Shown here: one piece after another, positions 1-9,747 of the stretch
Numbering within the stretch: the stretch's first letter is position 1
Layout of the letters: each line of letters opens with the position of its first letter
Assembly: GCA_030606485.1 (NCBI GenBank)
Contig: JAUWGH010000009.1
Span: 1 to 32,000 of the forward strand
Direction of reading: 5' to 3'
DNA from: Promethearchaeota archaeon
GTDB lineage: Archaea; Asgardarchaeota; Lokiarchaeia; Sigyniarchaeales; SOKP01
DNA: 32,000 nt
Made by a program: the position numbers and the translations under genes
Notes under the pieces: generated by a model
Databases searched by the model: none
What the model was told of the DNA's origin: nothing
Seen by the model: only the letters and a program-made list of their open reading frames with translations

Positions 1-1320
1 AATATCATCTGGATGTATTAAATCTAATCGGGTTTTTCCCAACATATCATCGTTAGAATAACCTAGAATTTTCAAATAAGTTTCCTCATTAATATATTCG
101 TGTTCGAATTTTTGATTAAGAATTGTGATTAAATCATTTGCATTTTCAGAGATAAGGCGATATTTCTTTTCAGATTCTTTTAATTTTTGTTCTGTCTTCT
201 TACGCTCAGTAATATCACGAACAATGGTGATGATTTGGGAGACTTCTCCCTTGCTTAAAATAGGTATCTTTATTGTTTCAGTAAAGATTTCCATGTTCTT
301 GATTTTAATGCTATCAATTATTAGTAGAGGCTCCCCAGTAGCAAAAACTTGTTTATATTCATTTATAGAGCGATCTAGCAGGAAGGGAAAAGCATCAAAT
401 ACTTTTTGACCGATTATCTCTACATTAATATCCAATTCATTAATCCATTGTTTAAATGCAGTGTTAGTCCAAATTATCCGTAAATCTTTATCAACGACAT
501 GTATTGGGTCCATCATTGAGTTGAGAATTGTGCGATATTGCTGTTCCGACTCAATTAACTTAATTTCAATCATCTTGCGCTCGGTAACATCACTAATCAC
601 ACATCTTAATCCCGTAATTCTTCCTTCTTTATAAATTGGTCGAGAATTTATTCTACCATAAAATTTAGTACCATCCTTTTTTAATAGTAGATAATCGATA
701 GGTTCGATAATTTCTCCATTAAAAACTTTTTTCATATTTTTACTTGCCTTTTCCAAATCTTCGGGAGCAATCATTTGAATTACTTTCAAACCTTTATTAA
801 AATCTTCTTGGGAATACCCAAATAGTACAAATGCAATTGAATTAGCATATGTTATCTCTAATTTAGTATTGATCTCGGCAACTATATCAGGTAATAATTC
901 GACCAATTCTCTATATTTTTCTTCGGCTTCTTTTAATTTTTGCTCAGTATTCTTACGCTCGGTGATGTCTATAATGACTTCAGCAACTTTATCAATGGTT
1001 CCATCAGGATTTGGAAATGGAGATGAAATCAATTCATAACTTTTTCCATCAGGTGTTGTTATTTCTGCATTCTCTACCTGATTATTTTTTATTGCTTTTA
1101 CCATGGGACAGAAATCGCATGGTTTTTCAAGGTCCATATATTTTTCATAACATTTTTCTCCTGTAAAATCACCATATCTTTCTATTAAAAATTGATTTTG
1201 AAACAGAATTTTATAATCAATACTAACAATATCAATACCAATCCCTACATAAGTTAATCCTTCTATTAAAGAACGATATTTTTCTTCTGATTCTTCTAAT
1301 TTTTTCTCTCTATTATTCAT
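1..1320 (-). CDS. Multi-PAS (PAS S-box) sensor protein, N-terminal 440 aa; continues past the left edge; missing from the ORF track
   Basis: Manually translated from ATG at 1320 with no stop down to base 1: MNNREKKLEESEEKYRSLIE...DITERKNTEQKLKEAEEKYRELVE...DVTERKMIEIKLIESEQQYRTILN...DITERKKTEQKLKESEKKYRLISENANDLI...HPDDI. Repeated DITERK..E..L.ESE..YR PAS/PAC linkers give 3 full PAS domains plus the start of a fourth. Confidence 0.92.
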   Translation of the reverse strand, partial: MNNREKKLEESEEKYRSLIEGLTYVGIGIDIVSIDYKILFQNQFLIERYGDFTGEKCYEKYMDLEKPCDFCPMVKAIKNNQVENAEITTPDGKSYELISSPFPNPDGTIDKVAEVIIDITERKNTEQKLKEAEEKYRELVELLPDIVAEINTKLEITYANSIAFVLFGYSQEDFNKGLKVIQMIAPEDLEKASKNMKKVFNGEIIEPIDYLLLKKDGTKFYGRINSRPIYKEGRITGLRCVISDVTERKMIEIKLIESEQQYRTILNSMMDPIHVVDKDLRIIWTNTAFKQWINELDINVEIIGQKVFDAFPFLLDRSINEYKQVFATGEPLLIIDSIKIKNMEIFTETIKIPILSKGEVSQIITIVRDITERKKTEQKLKESEKKYRLISENANDLITILNQKFEHEYINEETYLKILGYSNDDMLGKTRLDLIHPDDI

Positions 1321-1430
1321 TTTTAAACACAAATTTTGACTTTAATAGAATTTATGGAATTCTTCCTTCCCTTAAAATAAATTAAGATTAGACTATTATA
1401 TAGATTCATAATTAATTTTCAAATATTGTC

Positions 1431-1462
1431 TTAAGATTATAAATTTAAGAATATAATCTTAA
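1431..1462. promoter_or_regulatory. 11-bp inverted repeat (TTAAGATTATA-N10-TATAATCTTAA); possible operator or terminator
   Basis: Perfect arms at 1431-1441 and 1452-1462, between the HEAT gene stop and the PAS gene start. AT-rich, so a chance match is possible. Confidence 0.35.
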
Positions 1463-1551
1463 TTTTTACTTAAATAACTATTTAAAAGGAGTTGCAAAAT
1501 GGCTTAAACGCCTTATATCATTTGTTCTTAAAAAAATTATTTTTAAATTAT

Positions 1552-2007
1552 TTATAAATTAGTCATTTCTTTTTCAATGTTATCTTGCCAATGTGGATCA
1601 ATGCAGTCAAATGCTTCTAGAGTTAAACTTTTAATCTCTGTATCGTTTGAATTAAATAAAATATTTAAATATGCTAAAGCCCTTTTATCACCAATTTTCA
1701 TTAGGCTTTCAATAATATAAAATAAGCGCATTTTATCTATAAATTCTCTATCAACTTCCCTTTTTAAAACTTCTATAATACTCATCGTTGCCTTGGGATT
1801 CCCAATTCTGCCCAATGCTTCAATAATTCTATTTATTACCGAAGGATTCTTTTCGGATTTAAGTGCTTTTACTAATAAATTAACGGCTCGCCCATCTCTC
1901 ATATAGCCGAGGTTTCTTGCAGCATATGCTCTATCTTCCCATTTTTCTTCATTGAAAAGTCTCCTTAGATTTTCATTGAAATCATGATCTCGCGGTTTTT
2001 TATTCAA
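1552..2007 (-). CDS. HEAT/PBS-lyase-like repeat protein
   Basis: Repeats such as RAYAARNLGYMRDGRAVNLLVKAL, INRIIEALGRIGNPKAT and IIESLMKIGDKRALAYL; TTG start. Confidence 0.85.
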   Translation of the reverse strand: MNKKPRDHDFNENLRRLFNEEKWEDRAYAARNLGYMRDGRAVNLLVKALKSEKNPSVINRIIEALGRIGNPKATMSIIEVLKREVDREFIDKMRLFYIIESLMKIGDKRALAYLNILFNSNDTEIKSLTLEAFDCIDPHWQDNIEKEMTNL

Positions 2008-2143
2008 CTCAGATCAACTATCTCATTAAAACAATTAGAATTTCGTATTTATAATTTATAAATTATATAAAATTGGAAAATAACAGATAAATATTTTACG
2101 GGATTTTTGGATTATTTTAATTACTAGAACATAATAGGGCAAG

Positions 2144-2164
2144 AGTATTAAAATTTTTAATACT
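2144..2164. promoter_or_regulatory. 21-bp palindrome AGTATTAAAA-T-TTTTAATACT in a divergent promoter region
   Basis: Perfect 10-bp arms with a 1-nt spacer between the divergent HEAT and lpdA genes. Confidence 0.4.
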
Positions 2165-2391
2165 ATCATGGAATATTTGGATTATGTCAATTTATTATTA
2201 TAAGTAAAAATTGTTATTTTTCTGAAATTTTCTTGAAAATAAAATAAAATTGTTGATGAAATTGAAAGCTTTACTGTATTTTTTAAAAATATCTTTTTAC
2301 AAACCAATTAATTGCATTATCTAAATTAAAAAAATATTTTATTGATTCTTAATTATTACATATAAATTAAAATATTTATACAGTAGGGAGT

Positions 2392-3879
2392 TTGGATAAT
2401 TTGAGTGAAATTTTTGATATTATTATTATTGGAGCTGGCCCAGGAGGTTATCATACTGCAATTAGAGCTTCTCAATATGGAGCTAAAGTAGCTATTATCG
2501 AGAAAAACAAAGTTGGAGGCACATGTCTTAATGTTGGATGCATACCTACAAAAGCACTTTATGCTTCCGCAAAACTTATTGAAGATATTGAGGAAAAAGG
2601 AGCGAATTTTGGAATAAATATTAGTGATGTTTCATTAAATTTTGGACAAGCGGTAAAACGAAAGAATAAAGTTGTAGTGGAATTAGTTCAGGGTATAGAA
2701 GGACTTTTAAAAATGTGGAAAGTCGAAATCTATTACGGATTTGGTTCTTTAAGCGGAGGAAATCCAGAAAGTGGTTATCTAGTTTCGGTGAAGAGTGATG
2801 ATTCGATTATAACAATTAAAGGAAAGAGAATCATAATTGCTACTGGAAGCTGCCCTGCAATGATTCCGGCATTTAATATTGATCATGAGCGAATTTTATC
2901 TAGTGATGATATTCTTGCTCCAAATTTTAAAATAGTTCCCAAAAGTCTTTTAGTAATTGGAGGCGGAGTGATTGGTTGTGAATTTTCAAATATATTTAAT
3001 CAATTTGGCTCAAAAGTTACTATTCTCGAATATTTGCCCACAATTCTTGCAACAGAAGAACCGATGATTGTGAAAGAATTAAAATCAAAATTTAATGAAT
3101 TAGGTATTGAAATTTATCAGAATCAAAATGTTATTAATATAGAGAATACAGGTTCTGGAGTAAAAGCTACGACTTGTTCCGCTTCTGTTCCTAGAGATCA
3201 AATTGAATCTGCAGAAAAATCATATTATGAAGCAGAATATTGTCTCGTTTCTATAGGCAGAGCTAAATTGTCTGCTAATTTGGGTTTAGAAAAATTCAAA
3301 ATAGAAATCGAACGAGGTGCAATTAAAGTAGATCCAAACACTTTAGAAACAAGTGTAAAAGGAATTTATGCTATTGGTGATGTAATTCCTGGGATCATGC
3401 TTGCACATGTTGCAAGTTATGAGGGAGATATCGCCATTGCAAATGCATTATCAAGCCTCGGAGGTTTCGATATACATCCCAGAGAAACAGATTATTCTAT
3501 TGTACCTGCTACCATCTTTACGAGCCCGGAAATTGGTTCAGTTGGAATGAGGAGAAAGTCGCTGAAAGATAGAGGATTAGACACTTTTATGGGACGATTT
3601 ACCTATGCTGCTTTAGGAAAGGCAAAATGTATGGGAGAGGATAAAGGTTTCATTATGGTGCTTGCCGATAAAGAAACAGATGAAATTTTGGGGGCATCTT
3701 GCATTGGTGCTGAAGCACCAGAACTGATTGCTGAAATCACCCTCGCTATGAAAAATAATTTAACTACTCATCAAATTGCCGAGACAATTCACAGTCATCC
3801 AACAATTTCGGAAATGGTTCTTGAAGGTGTTGAAGATGTCCATGGTATGGCTGTGCATAAAAAAGGACGAAGAAGATAA
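2392..3879 (+). CDS. lpdA: Dihydrolipoamide dehydrogenase (E3)
   Basis: FAD motif GAGPGG, redox disulfide GGTCLNVGCIP, NAD motif GGGVIGCE, C-terminal HSHPTISE; AGGGAG SD-like sequence before the TTG start. Confidence 0.93.
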   Translation: MDNLSEIFDIIIIGAGPGGYHTAIRASQYGAKVAIIEKNKVGGTCLNVGCIPTKALYASAKLIEDIEEKGANFGINISDVSLNFGQAVKRKNKVVVELVQGIEGLLKMWKVEIYYGFGSLSGGNPESGYLVSVKSDDSIITIKGKRIIIATGSCPAMIPAFNIDHERILSSDDILAPNFKIVPKSLLVIGGGVIGCEFSNIFNQFGSKVTILEYLPTILATEEPMIVKELKSKFNELGIEIYQNQNVINIENTGSGVKATTCSASVPRDQIESAEKSYYEAEYCLVSIGRAKLSANLGLEKFKIEIERGAIKVDPNTLETSVKGIYAIGDVIPGIMLAHVASYEGDIAIANALSSLGGFDIHPRETDYSIVPATIFTSPEIGSVGMRRKSLKDRGLDTFMGRFTYAALGKAKCMGEDKGFIMVLADKETDEILGASCIGAEAPELIAEITLAMKNNLTTHQIAETIHSHPTISEMVLEGVEDVHGMAVHKKGRRR

Positions 3880-3996
3880 TGCAGAAAAAACGTAATGGTT
3901 GTTTTTTAAAATAAACTTTTTTAATTTTTATTTTAAAATTTTTAAAAATAATTAATTACTTTTTATTACAATCTAAAAAAAAATTGGAACCAAAAA

Positions 3997-4887
3997 ATGG
4001 ATTCTTCTCTCTATTTGGTGGGTATTTCATTTGCAATATTATCAGGGATTATTAATAATTTCGGTATAATATTACAAAAAAAAGTTGTAAATGAAATTAG
4101 AGCTGAAGTAAAATTTGGAAGAGCTCTAATTAAAAATCCGCTATGGTTATTTGGATTAATTATTCAGTTGGGAATAGGAACAATCTTTTTTCTATTAGCA
4201 CAAGTTTATATTGGTCCCGCTCTAATTCCTGGATTAATGGCTTCTGGTTTAATTATTCTTGCATTTGGCTCTGTTAAAATTATTGGAGAGACTCTAAAAA
4301 GAGATGAAATTATTGGAATATTACTAATGATTGGAGCAATTTTCTTACTCGGAATTAGTGGATTATCTATAAATATATCTGAACAAAATTTATTGGATCT
4401 GATGTTTCTCATCAGAATAATTATTTTTACTTCAATAATAATCATTTCTGCTATAATTTGTGAAATTCTTCAAAGAAAAATTGAAAAATATAGTGGGATT
4501 TTGCTCTCTATTTTCTCAGGATTAATGTTTTCTCTCTCCAATTTTTGGGTAAGCCTATTATTGGGGACCATTATTAATGTATTTCAAGGTATTTATAGTC
4601 TAGGAGAATTAATATTGTTTATTTGTTCCTCATTGATTTTAATAGCAACCAATTTTGTTGGTATATTAAAAATACAGGAATCTTTTAAAGTTGCTCAGGC
4701 TAGTAATATGATTCCAATTCAACAAGTTCCAATTCAAATTACATCTATATTTATATATCTCTTAATTTTTCTCTTACAACCCCCAAGTATCATGTCTATT
4801 ATTTTTTTAATCTTAGGGATTTGTCTTATTCTTATAAGTTCGTTTTTATTGGGAAAGCGACAGGCTCAATTAGAAAAAATCAAATAA
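3997..4887 (+). CDS. DMT-superfamily (NIPA/EamA-like) membrane transporter
   Basis: About 9 hydrophobic segments; ILQKK, LIKNPLWLFG and GETLKRDEIIGILL patterns typical of NIPA-like DMT proteins. Confidence 0.7.
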   Translation: MDSSLYLVGISFAILSGIINNFGIILQKKVVNEIRAEVKFGRALIKNPLWLFGLIIQLGIGTIFFLLAQVYIGPALIPGLMASGLIILAFGSVKIIGETLKRDEIIGILLMIGAIFLLGISGLSINISEQNLLDLMFLIRIIIFTSIIIISAIICEILQRKIEKYSGILLSIFSGLMFSLSNFWVSLLLGTIINVFQGIYSLGELILFICSSLILIATNFVGILKIQESFKVAQASNMIPIQQVPIQITSIFIYLLIFLLQPPSIMSIIFLILGICLILISSFLLGKRQAQLEKIK

Positions 4888-4900
4888 TTACTTGGATCTA

Positions 4901-5056
4901 TTATGGTGCCGTTATTTTCTTTCTAACATAATTTTTTAGAATTCGCTCCCATTTTTGAGCCAAATCATCTAAACCTGTTTTTCTAAAAAGTATTACAGAA
5001 TCAGCAAGTATTTTCCTTACTGAGTTATTAAAATAAAACTTTTCTTGATTAATCAT
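4901..5056 (-). CDS. Small hypothetical protein (51 aa), not in the ORF track
   Basis: ATG 5056 to TAA 4901: MINQEKFYFNNSVRKILADSVILFRKTGLDDLAQKWERILKNYVRKKITAP. Fills an intergenic gap without overlap; amphipathic helical composition. Confidence 0.5.
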   Translation of the reverse strand: MINQEKFYFNNSVRKILADSVILFRKTGLDDLAQKWERILKNYVRKKITAP

Positions 5057-5155
5057 GTAGAAAAAATTAAGACAATCTTAAAAAAAATAAAATATTATTT
5101 AGGTAATACTTTTAATTTAACTCATTAATTATTACAATAAATAAATAATAGAAAT

Positions 5156-5593
5156 ATGGTTAAAATGGGAAGAACAATAGAATTTGAAACAGTTACAAGA
5201 GATCTAAATTTTTCTAATGAAATGATTCAAAAAGGCTTTTTTAATAATGTTGCTTTTGAGAAAGAAGAAGAAATTACTCATGACTTTATTCATTCTCTCG
5301 ATATTTTGTCAGATAATTTATTGGATAAAATAGAAACAAAAGTATATTTCCATTTTAAGTTAAAAATAGAACCAAATGTAGCTGTAATTGATTTTGATGG
5401 AGATCTTATATTGGAATCAGAACAGCAACGTAAAATTGATAAATTAATAAAAAAGAGGGCAGATTTTCTAAAAGATTTTCTGAATAATTTTATACTAAAA
5501 AATTCATATTATCACCCTGAAAAAATCGCAAATCTAAACGCCATTCCTTTTCCCCAAGCTGATTTAATATTGAAAAGTTTAGGAATTTCCTAA
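5156..5593 (+). CDS. Hypothetical protein (145 aa)
   Basis: Clean ORF with normal composition; no family recognised with confidence. Confidence 0.75.
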   Translation: MVKMGRTIEFETVTRDLNFSNEMIQKGFFNNVAFEKEEEITHDFIHSLDILSDNLLDKIETKVYFHFKLKIEPNVAVIDFDGDLILESEQQRKIDKLIKKRADFLKDFLNNFILKNSYYHPEKIANLNAIPFPQADLILKSLGIS

Positions 5594-5663
5594 TATCTTC
5601 CAATGAAATTTATCGGAATGATTTTTATATTAAGGTGCAATATTGAAGAAAAATAAAAATTTT

Positions 5664-6797
5664 TTAAAGAGGAAGATGTTTTAAAGCATCTTCCGCCCTT
5701 TTGGTTTTCATTCGGCTAAAACTAATTATTTTTGCAAGCATTTTTGATTTTTCTACGGATGTATTGAGTTCTGGAGGCTCTTCAATATATCCTTTATCTA
5801 TTGCAAGTTTATATATTTTTTCACCTAGATCTGTGCGAATTATTGAAGTAGTAAAACCATCTTTAGAACCTAAGCCACCGAATGATATGTCTGAATAGAA
5901 ATTAGAGAAATTCTTACACACTGAACATGCGTGGCGCATAATATCATGAAGTTCAGAAAATTCAATGTATAATGGCTGGTCTTTTCCTTTAAGATTAATA
6001 ATCAAATAGTCTTTTATATTCATTTTTTCAACATCATTAAAGGAAAAATCAAACTGTTCTTCCATTTTTTTTCTTGCTGTCTCATTAAATTTAAAATTTT
6101 CATAGCAAAATAATCCAAGAGTGTATTTTATTATATGAGCGGGCAAAATGCTTAACTCTTGCATCTTTCTAATAGAGTGAATTTGACACGGAACTCCCAC
6201 TACAGCGATATTCATAAGATCTCTATCAACAACATGTTTTAATTTAGATATTGTAGGAACAAAAGTATTATATTGTCCTAGCCCAGAAATAGGTCCCATT
6301 AAATCAAATTTTGTTCCTGCAGCTTCTATTAATTCTTCTTTTGTTGTTGCAAGGAATGGTTCTCTCTGAAATGGATTTATCCTTTTTGAAACAAGAGCAC
6401 CGTCAATTAAATTATTTTCCAACATCGCAATAAGAATGGAAGTCACAACTCCTCCATCGGTTCCTGCTTTTTGAATTTCTAGATTCGTAGCCTTACCCGT
6501 AACAATTTTAAGCCAATTTCCTATTGGTAGTTTAAACTTATATCTCTCATTTAACTCTTTGTTTAACTCGTGAATCTCTGGACAAATTAGATAACAAATA
6601 CCACAATGTAGGCAATTATCTTTATCGATATATTGTGGAGGACCATCCTCACTCATTTTAATTGCACCTAAATCAGCAGCAGAACAAAAACTGACGCAAC
6701 CTCCACATTCTCCACAAATTCCTATATCATGAACCTCCTTTATAAGGTCTTCAAAAGATTTAGGAACAACTTCCTTTGTATTTAGATTTTCATTCAT
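5664..6797 (-). CDS. FrhB/FdhB-family coenzyme F420-reducing hydrogenase/dehydrogenase beta-like subunit with N-terminal 2x[4Fe-4S]
   Basis: CGECGGCVSFC and CLHCGICYLICP ferredoxin motifs; TDGGVVTSIL, VGVPCQI, GLFC and CSVC FrhB motifs. Confidence 0.85.
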   Translation of the reverse strand: MNENLNTKEVVPKSFEDLIKEVHDIGICGECGGCVSFCSAADLGAIKMSEDGPPQYIDKDNCLHCGICYLICPEIHELNKELNERYKFKLPIGNWLKIVTGKATNLEIQKAGTDGGVVTSILIAMLENNLIDGALVSKRINPFQREPFLATTKEELIEAAGTKFDLMGPISGLGQYNTFVPTISKLKHVVDRDLMNIAVVGVPCQIHSIRKMQELSILPAHIIKYTLGLFCYENFKFNETARKKMEEQFDFSFNDVEKMNIKDYLIINLKGKDQPLYIEFSELHDIMRHACSVCKNFSNFYSDISFGGLGSKDGFTTSIIRTDLGEKIYKLAIDKGYIEEPPELNTSVEKSKMLAKIISFSRMKTKRAEDALKHLPL

Positions 6798-6818
6798 AAT
6801 TCATTTCATTTTTTTCTT

Positions 6819-7664
6819 TTAATATTCTTTTGGTAATTTATTTAATTCTGCTTGGGAAAATACAGGTCCATCTAAACATACAAATTTATTCCCTACGTTA
6901 CATCTTCCGCACTTACCTATCCCACATTTCATTCTCATCTCTAAAGATAATAATATTTGCTCATCGGAGAATTTTAACTCTTTTAAAACATCTATTGTAG
7001 TTTTTATCATAATAGGTGGGCCACAAACTATTGCAACGGCATTTTCTGGGGCTGGTGATACTTCTTTAACGATAGGCGCAACAAAGCCAACTTTTCTCGT
7101 CCAACCTTCTTGTTCCCTATCTATAGTTAAAACGACATTAATATCATCTCTTTTTTCCCATTCTTCTAAAATGTCTCCATACAAAACCTCACCAGACTCT
7201 CGATTTCCATAAATAACGGTTATATCACCATAATTTTTCCTGTTATCTTCGTGTGATGCAAATATAGTTAGGGATCTTAATGTGGAAAATGCAAATCCAC
7301 CTCCAATTATTACTATGTTTTTTCCCTTCATTTCTTCAACGGGCCAGCCATTTCCTAGGGGACCTCTTATTCCGACAATATCTCCTACTTCTAAATTATG
7401 AAGTGCTGTTGTAACCTCGCCTGCTTTTTTTACTGTAAATTTTATCGAACCTATTTCTGTGGGAGATGAAGCTATTCCTATAGGGCATTCTCCTACTCCA
7501 AATACACTTAATTCTGCAAACTGACCAGCAACATAATCGAATTTTTTATAGTCCTCTTCATTATTGAAAACAAATTCAAATGTCTTTATATCATTTACTT
7601 CATTTTCTCTAACGATTGACTTTATTGTGGTCAATACTGGTATATACAGACTTTCTAATTGCAT
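6819..7664 (-). CDS. FAD/NAD(P)-binding [2Fe-2S] subunit (FlxA/AsrB/HydG-like)
   Basis: AGQFAELS, GIRGPLGNG, IGGGFA, CGPPIM and RMKCGIGKCGRC...CLDGPVF. Confidence 0.88.
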   Translation of the reverse strand: MQLESLYIPVLTTIKSIVRENEVNDIKTFEFVFNNEEDYKKFDYVAGQFAELSVFGVGECPIGIASSPTEIGSIKFTVKKAGEVTTALHNLEVGDIVGIRGPLGNGWPVEEMKGKNIVIIGGGFAFSTLRSLTIFASHEDNRKNYGDITVIYGNRESGEVLYGDILEEWEKRDDINVVLTIDREQEGWTRKVGFVAPIVKEVSPAPENAVAIVCGPPIMIKTTIDVLKELKFSDEQILLSLEMRMKCGIGKCGRCNVGNKFVCLDGPVFSQAELNKLPKEY

Positions 7665-7714
7665 TTTTTAAATCATCTTTTTTTCTATCTTGTAATTTGA
7701 ATTAAGTTTTTTAT

Positions 7715-8755
7715 TTATACCTCTGTTTTAGAGGATATATTTTCAACAGATGTGAATATATTTCTAATATCACTATTCACAGGACAGTTAATGATACATC
7801 TCCCACATCCAACGCACCCAATTATATTGTAATTTTTCGGATAATAGTTAAATTTATGATAAATTCTCTGTCTTACTCTAGGTAGTTTAGTTGTTCTGGG
7901 ATTATGTCCAGAAGTCTCAAGTGTAAATAAAGGAAATTGGCAAGTATCCCATATTCTGATCCTTCTTCCGGATCCATCTTGCTTATTTTCATCGAGTACA
8001 TCAAAACAATGGCATGTAGGACAAAGATAGGTACAAGTTCCGCAACCTATACATCCTTGAGATTCTATTTTCCACATTGGATGGTCAAATAAACCTTCTA
8101 ATTTGGTATGAATACTATCTAAACCTTCAATAACGGGAATTGCACTTTCGATATCCTTTTGTAATTTTTCTATCTTAGCTAAATCACCCTTGTCCGCCTC
8201 TGTTAGTGATTTAATTTTTTTAATTAATGCTTCTCCTTTATCTGTACTTGATTCGAGATAATAATTATCTTTAAATTCTGTAATTAGGATATCTACGGAC
8301 TCTTTATTGAAAGGACCTCCATTAACTGAAGTGCAGAAGCATGAAGTTCGTGGTTCCAAGCAACCCATTCCAATTAAAGTTATGTTTTTTAATCGATTCA
8401 AAACATTTGGGTCTTTATATTTCCCAAATGAGAAGAAATTCTTGAATAATGAAAAACCCATAGAATCACACGGTCTTATTCCAAATATTACTGTCTTTTC
8501 GTATGGTGGGTTTTCTATAATCTTTACGCCTTTTCCCTCCTTTTTATAGGAAAACAGAGTGTCAATCATGGGAAAAAGCACGCTTTTTGCAGGAATTTTC
8601 GAATTTGAATAATCTAAACAAATTTCTTTTGCATCAGTAATCTCCTTAAACAATACTACACCTTCTTCTTTAACTGGACCAAATACTTTGAACTCTTTCT
8701 GTAATTCTTTTATGAGATCAGATATTTTTTCTTTTGATATCATTTTTTGCACCAT
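7715..8755 (-). CDS. 4Fe-4S subunit (FlxB/AsrA/HydB-like)
   Basis: GIRPCD, CLEPRTSCFC, CIGCGTCTYLCPTCHCF and CVGCGRCIINCPV; GGAGGT SD upstream. Confidence 0.85.
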   Translation of the reverse strand: MVQKMISKEKISDLIKELQKEFKVFGPVKEEGVVLFKEITDAKEICLDYSNSKIPAKSVLFPMIDTLFSYKKEGKGVKIIENPPYEKTVIFGIRPCDSMGFSLFKNFFSFGKYKDPNVLNRLKNITLIGMGCLEPRTSCFCTSVNGGPFNKESVDILITEFKDNYYLESSTDKGEALIKKIKSLTEADKGDLAKIEKLQKDIESAIPVIEGLDSIHTKLEGLFDHPMWKIESQGCIGCGTCTYLCPTCHCFDVLDENKQDGSGRRIRIWDTCQFPLFTLETSGHNPRTTKLPRVRQRIYHKFNYYPKNYNIIGCVGCGRCIINCPVNSDIRNIFTSVENISSKTEV

Positions 8756-8769
8756 TTCTTTACCTCCAT

Positions 8770-9747
8770 TTAATCCTCTTCTATCATAAATTCCTGTTTA
8801 TCGTCAAATTTATGAGTGCCCATAGGTGGAGGGGCTTCTAAATTTATTCCACTTTCGAAATCAAATCTCTCCTTAACAATTTTTTCTAACTTTCTCGTAA
8901 TAAAATTCAAGTCTATACCCATGGGGCAGACGCTACTGCACGCTCCACAAGAAACGCATCTTCCAGCAACATGAAAGGCGCGAATCATGTGGAAAATGAA
9001 ATTATCGGAAATATCTGCGGTTTTTCCAAACCAAACTGGTTTGTTCTGATCAATAAAACATAAGCTACAATAACACATAGGGCATGCTTCTCTGCACGCA
9101 TAACATCTAATGCATCTGTTTAATTCTTTTTTAAAGTATTCCATTTTATCATTGGAACTTTTTGACTCGATCTCATTTAAATCCTTGAAATCATCTTTTG
9201 GTGGTTTTTCGGGTTTTTTATTCCCAATAATTATGTCAGAAATTGGTGGGATTTTATAGTGGCAAGTTATACATAGTTGATTTATATAATCTTGTAAAGG
9301 AAGTGTTTTATTGAAGTCTTTTCCCTTAATGATAATTTTATTATCTTCAATATTGGCTTCAATTATTTCTTTATCTCCAATTTCAACCATGATTTTTGCT
9401 CTATTTAAAACACCTTCGCATGGTATTCCAATTATTGTGATATTTTCTTTGTTTAGCTGTTTTTCTACTATTAAATGAACAATAGCGCGTCCTACGCAAC
9501 CTTTTGAAATTATCCCAATCTTTCTATCATCGTTCTTCGCTAGATACTTTGCGAGGTTTAAATCACAACTTTGGTTCCAAACTAGCATATCTGTTTGGCT
9601 TGCATCAGTAATAAAACAAGGTCCAGAGCGAAGTGGAATAGATCCTTTTGTGTATCCAATAATTAGATCAACTTTTTCTTCTTCCAATAATTTCTTTGCA
9701 GTTTCTCTAATAGATTTTTCTATGTCGTCTATTATGTTTATCACCAT
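8770..9747 (-). CDS. 4Fe-4S dicluster protein (FlxC-like)
   Basis: KGCVGR, GIPCEG, CIRCYACREACPMCYCSLC and AGRCVSCGACSSVCP; located between the MvhD-like and AsrA-like genes, as in flxDCBA. Confidence 0.8.
   Translation of the reverse strand: MVINIIDDIEKSIRETAKKLLEEEKVDLIIGYTKGSIPLRSGPCFITDASQTDMLVWNQSCDLNLAKYLAKNDDRKIGIISKGCVGRAIVHLIVEKQLNKENITIIGIPCEGVLNRAKIMVEIGDKEIIEANIEDNKIIIKGKDFNKTLPLQDYINQLCITCHYKIPPISDIIIGNKKPEKPPKDDFKDLNEIESKSSNDKMEYFKKELNRCIRCYACREACPMCYCSLCFIDQNKPVWFGKTADISDNFIFHMIRAFHVAGRCVSCGACSSVCPMGIDLNFITRKLEKIVKERFDFESGINLEAPPPMGTHKFDDKQEFMIEED

Noticed and set aside
125-409. 94-aa plus-strand ORF
   Set aside because: Antisense shadow of the PAS gene.
3170-3220. Short insertion in lpdA (CSASVPRDQIES) as an in-frame intron
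   Set aside because: No stop codon and no convincing BHB fold; more likely a protein loop.
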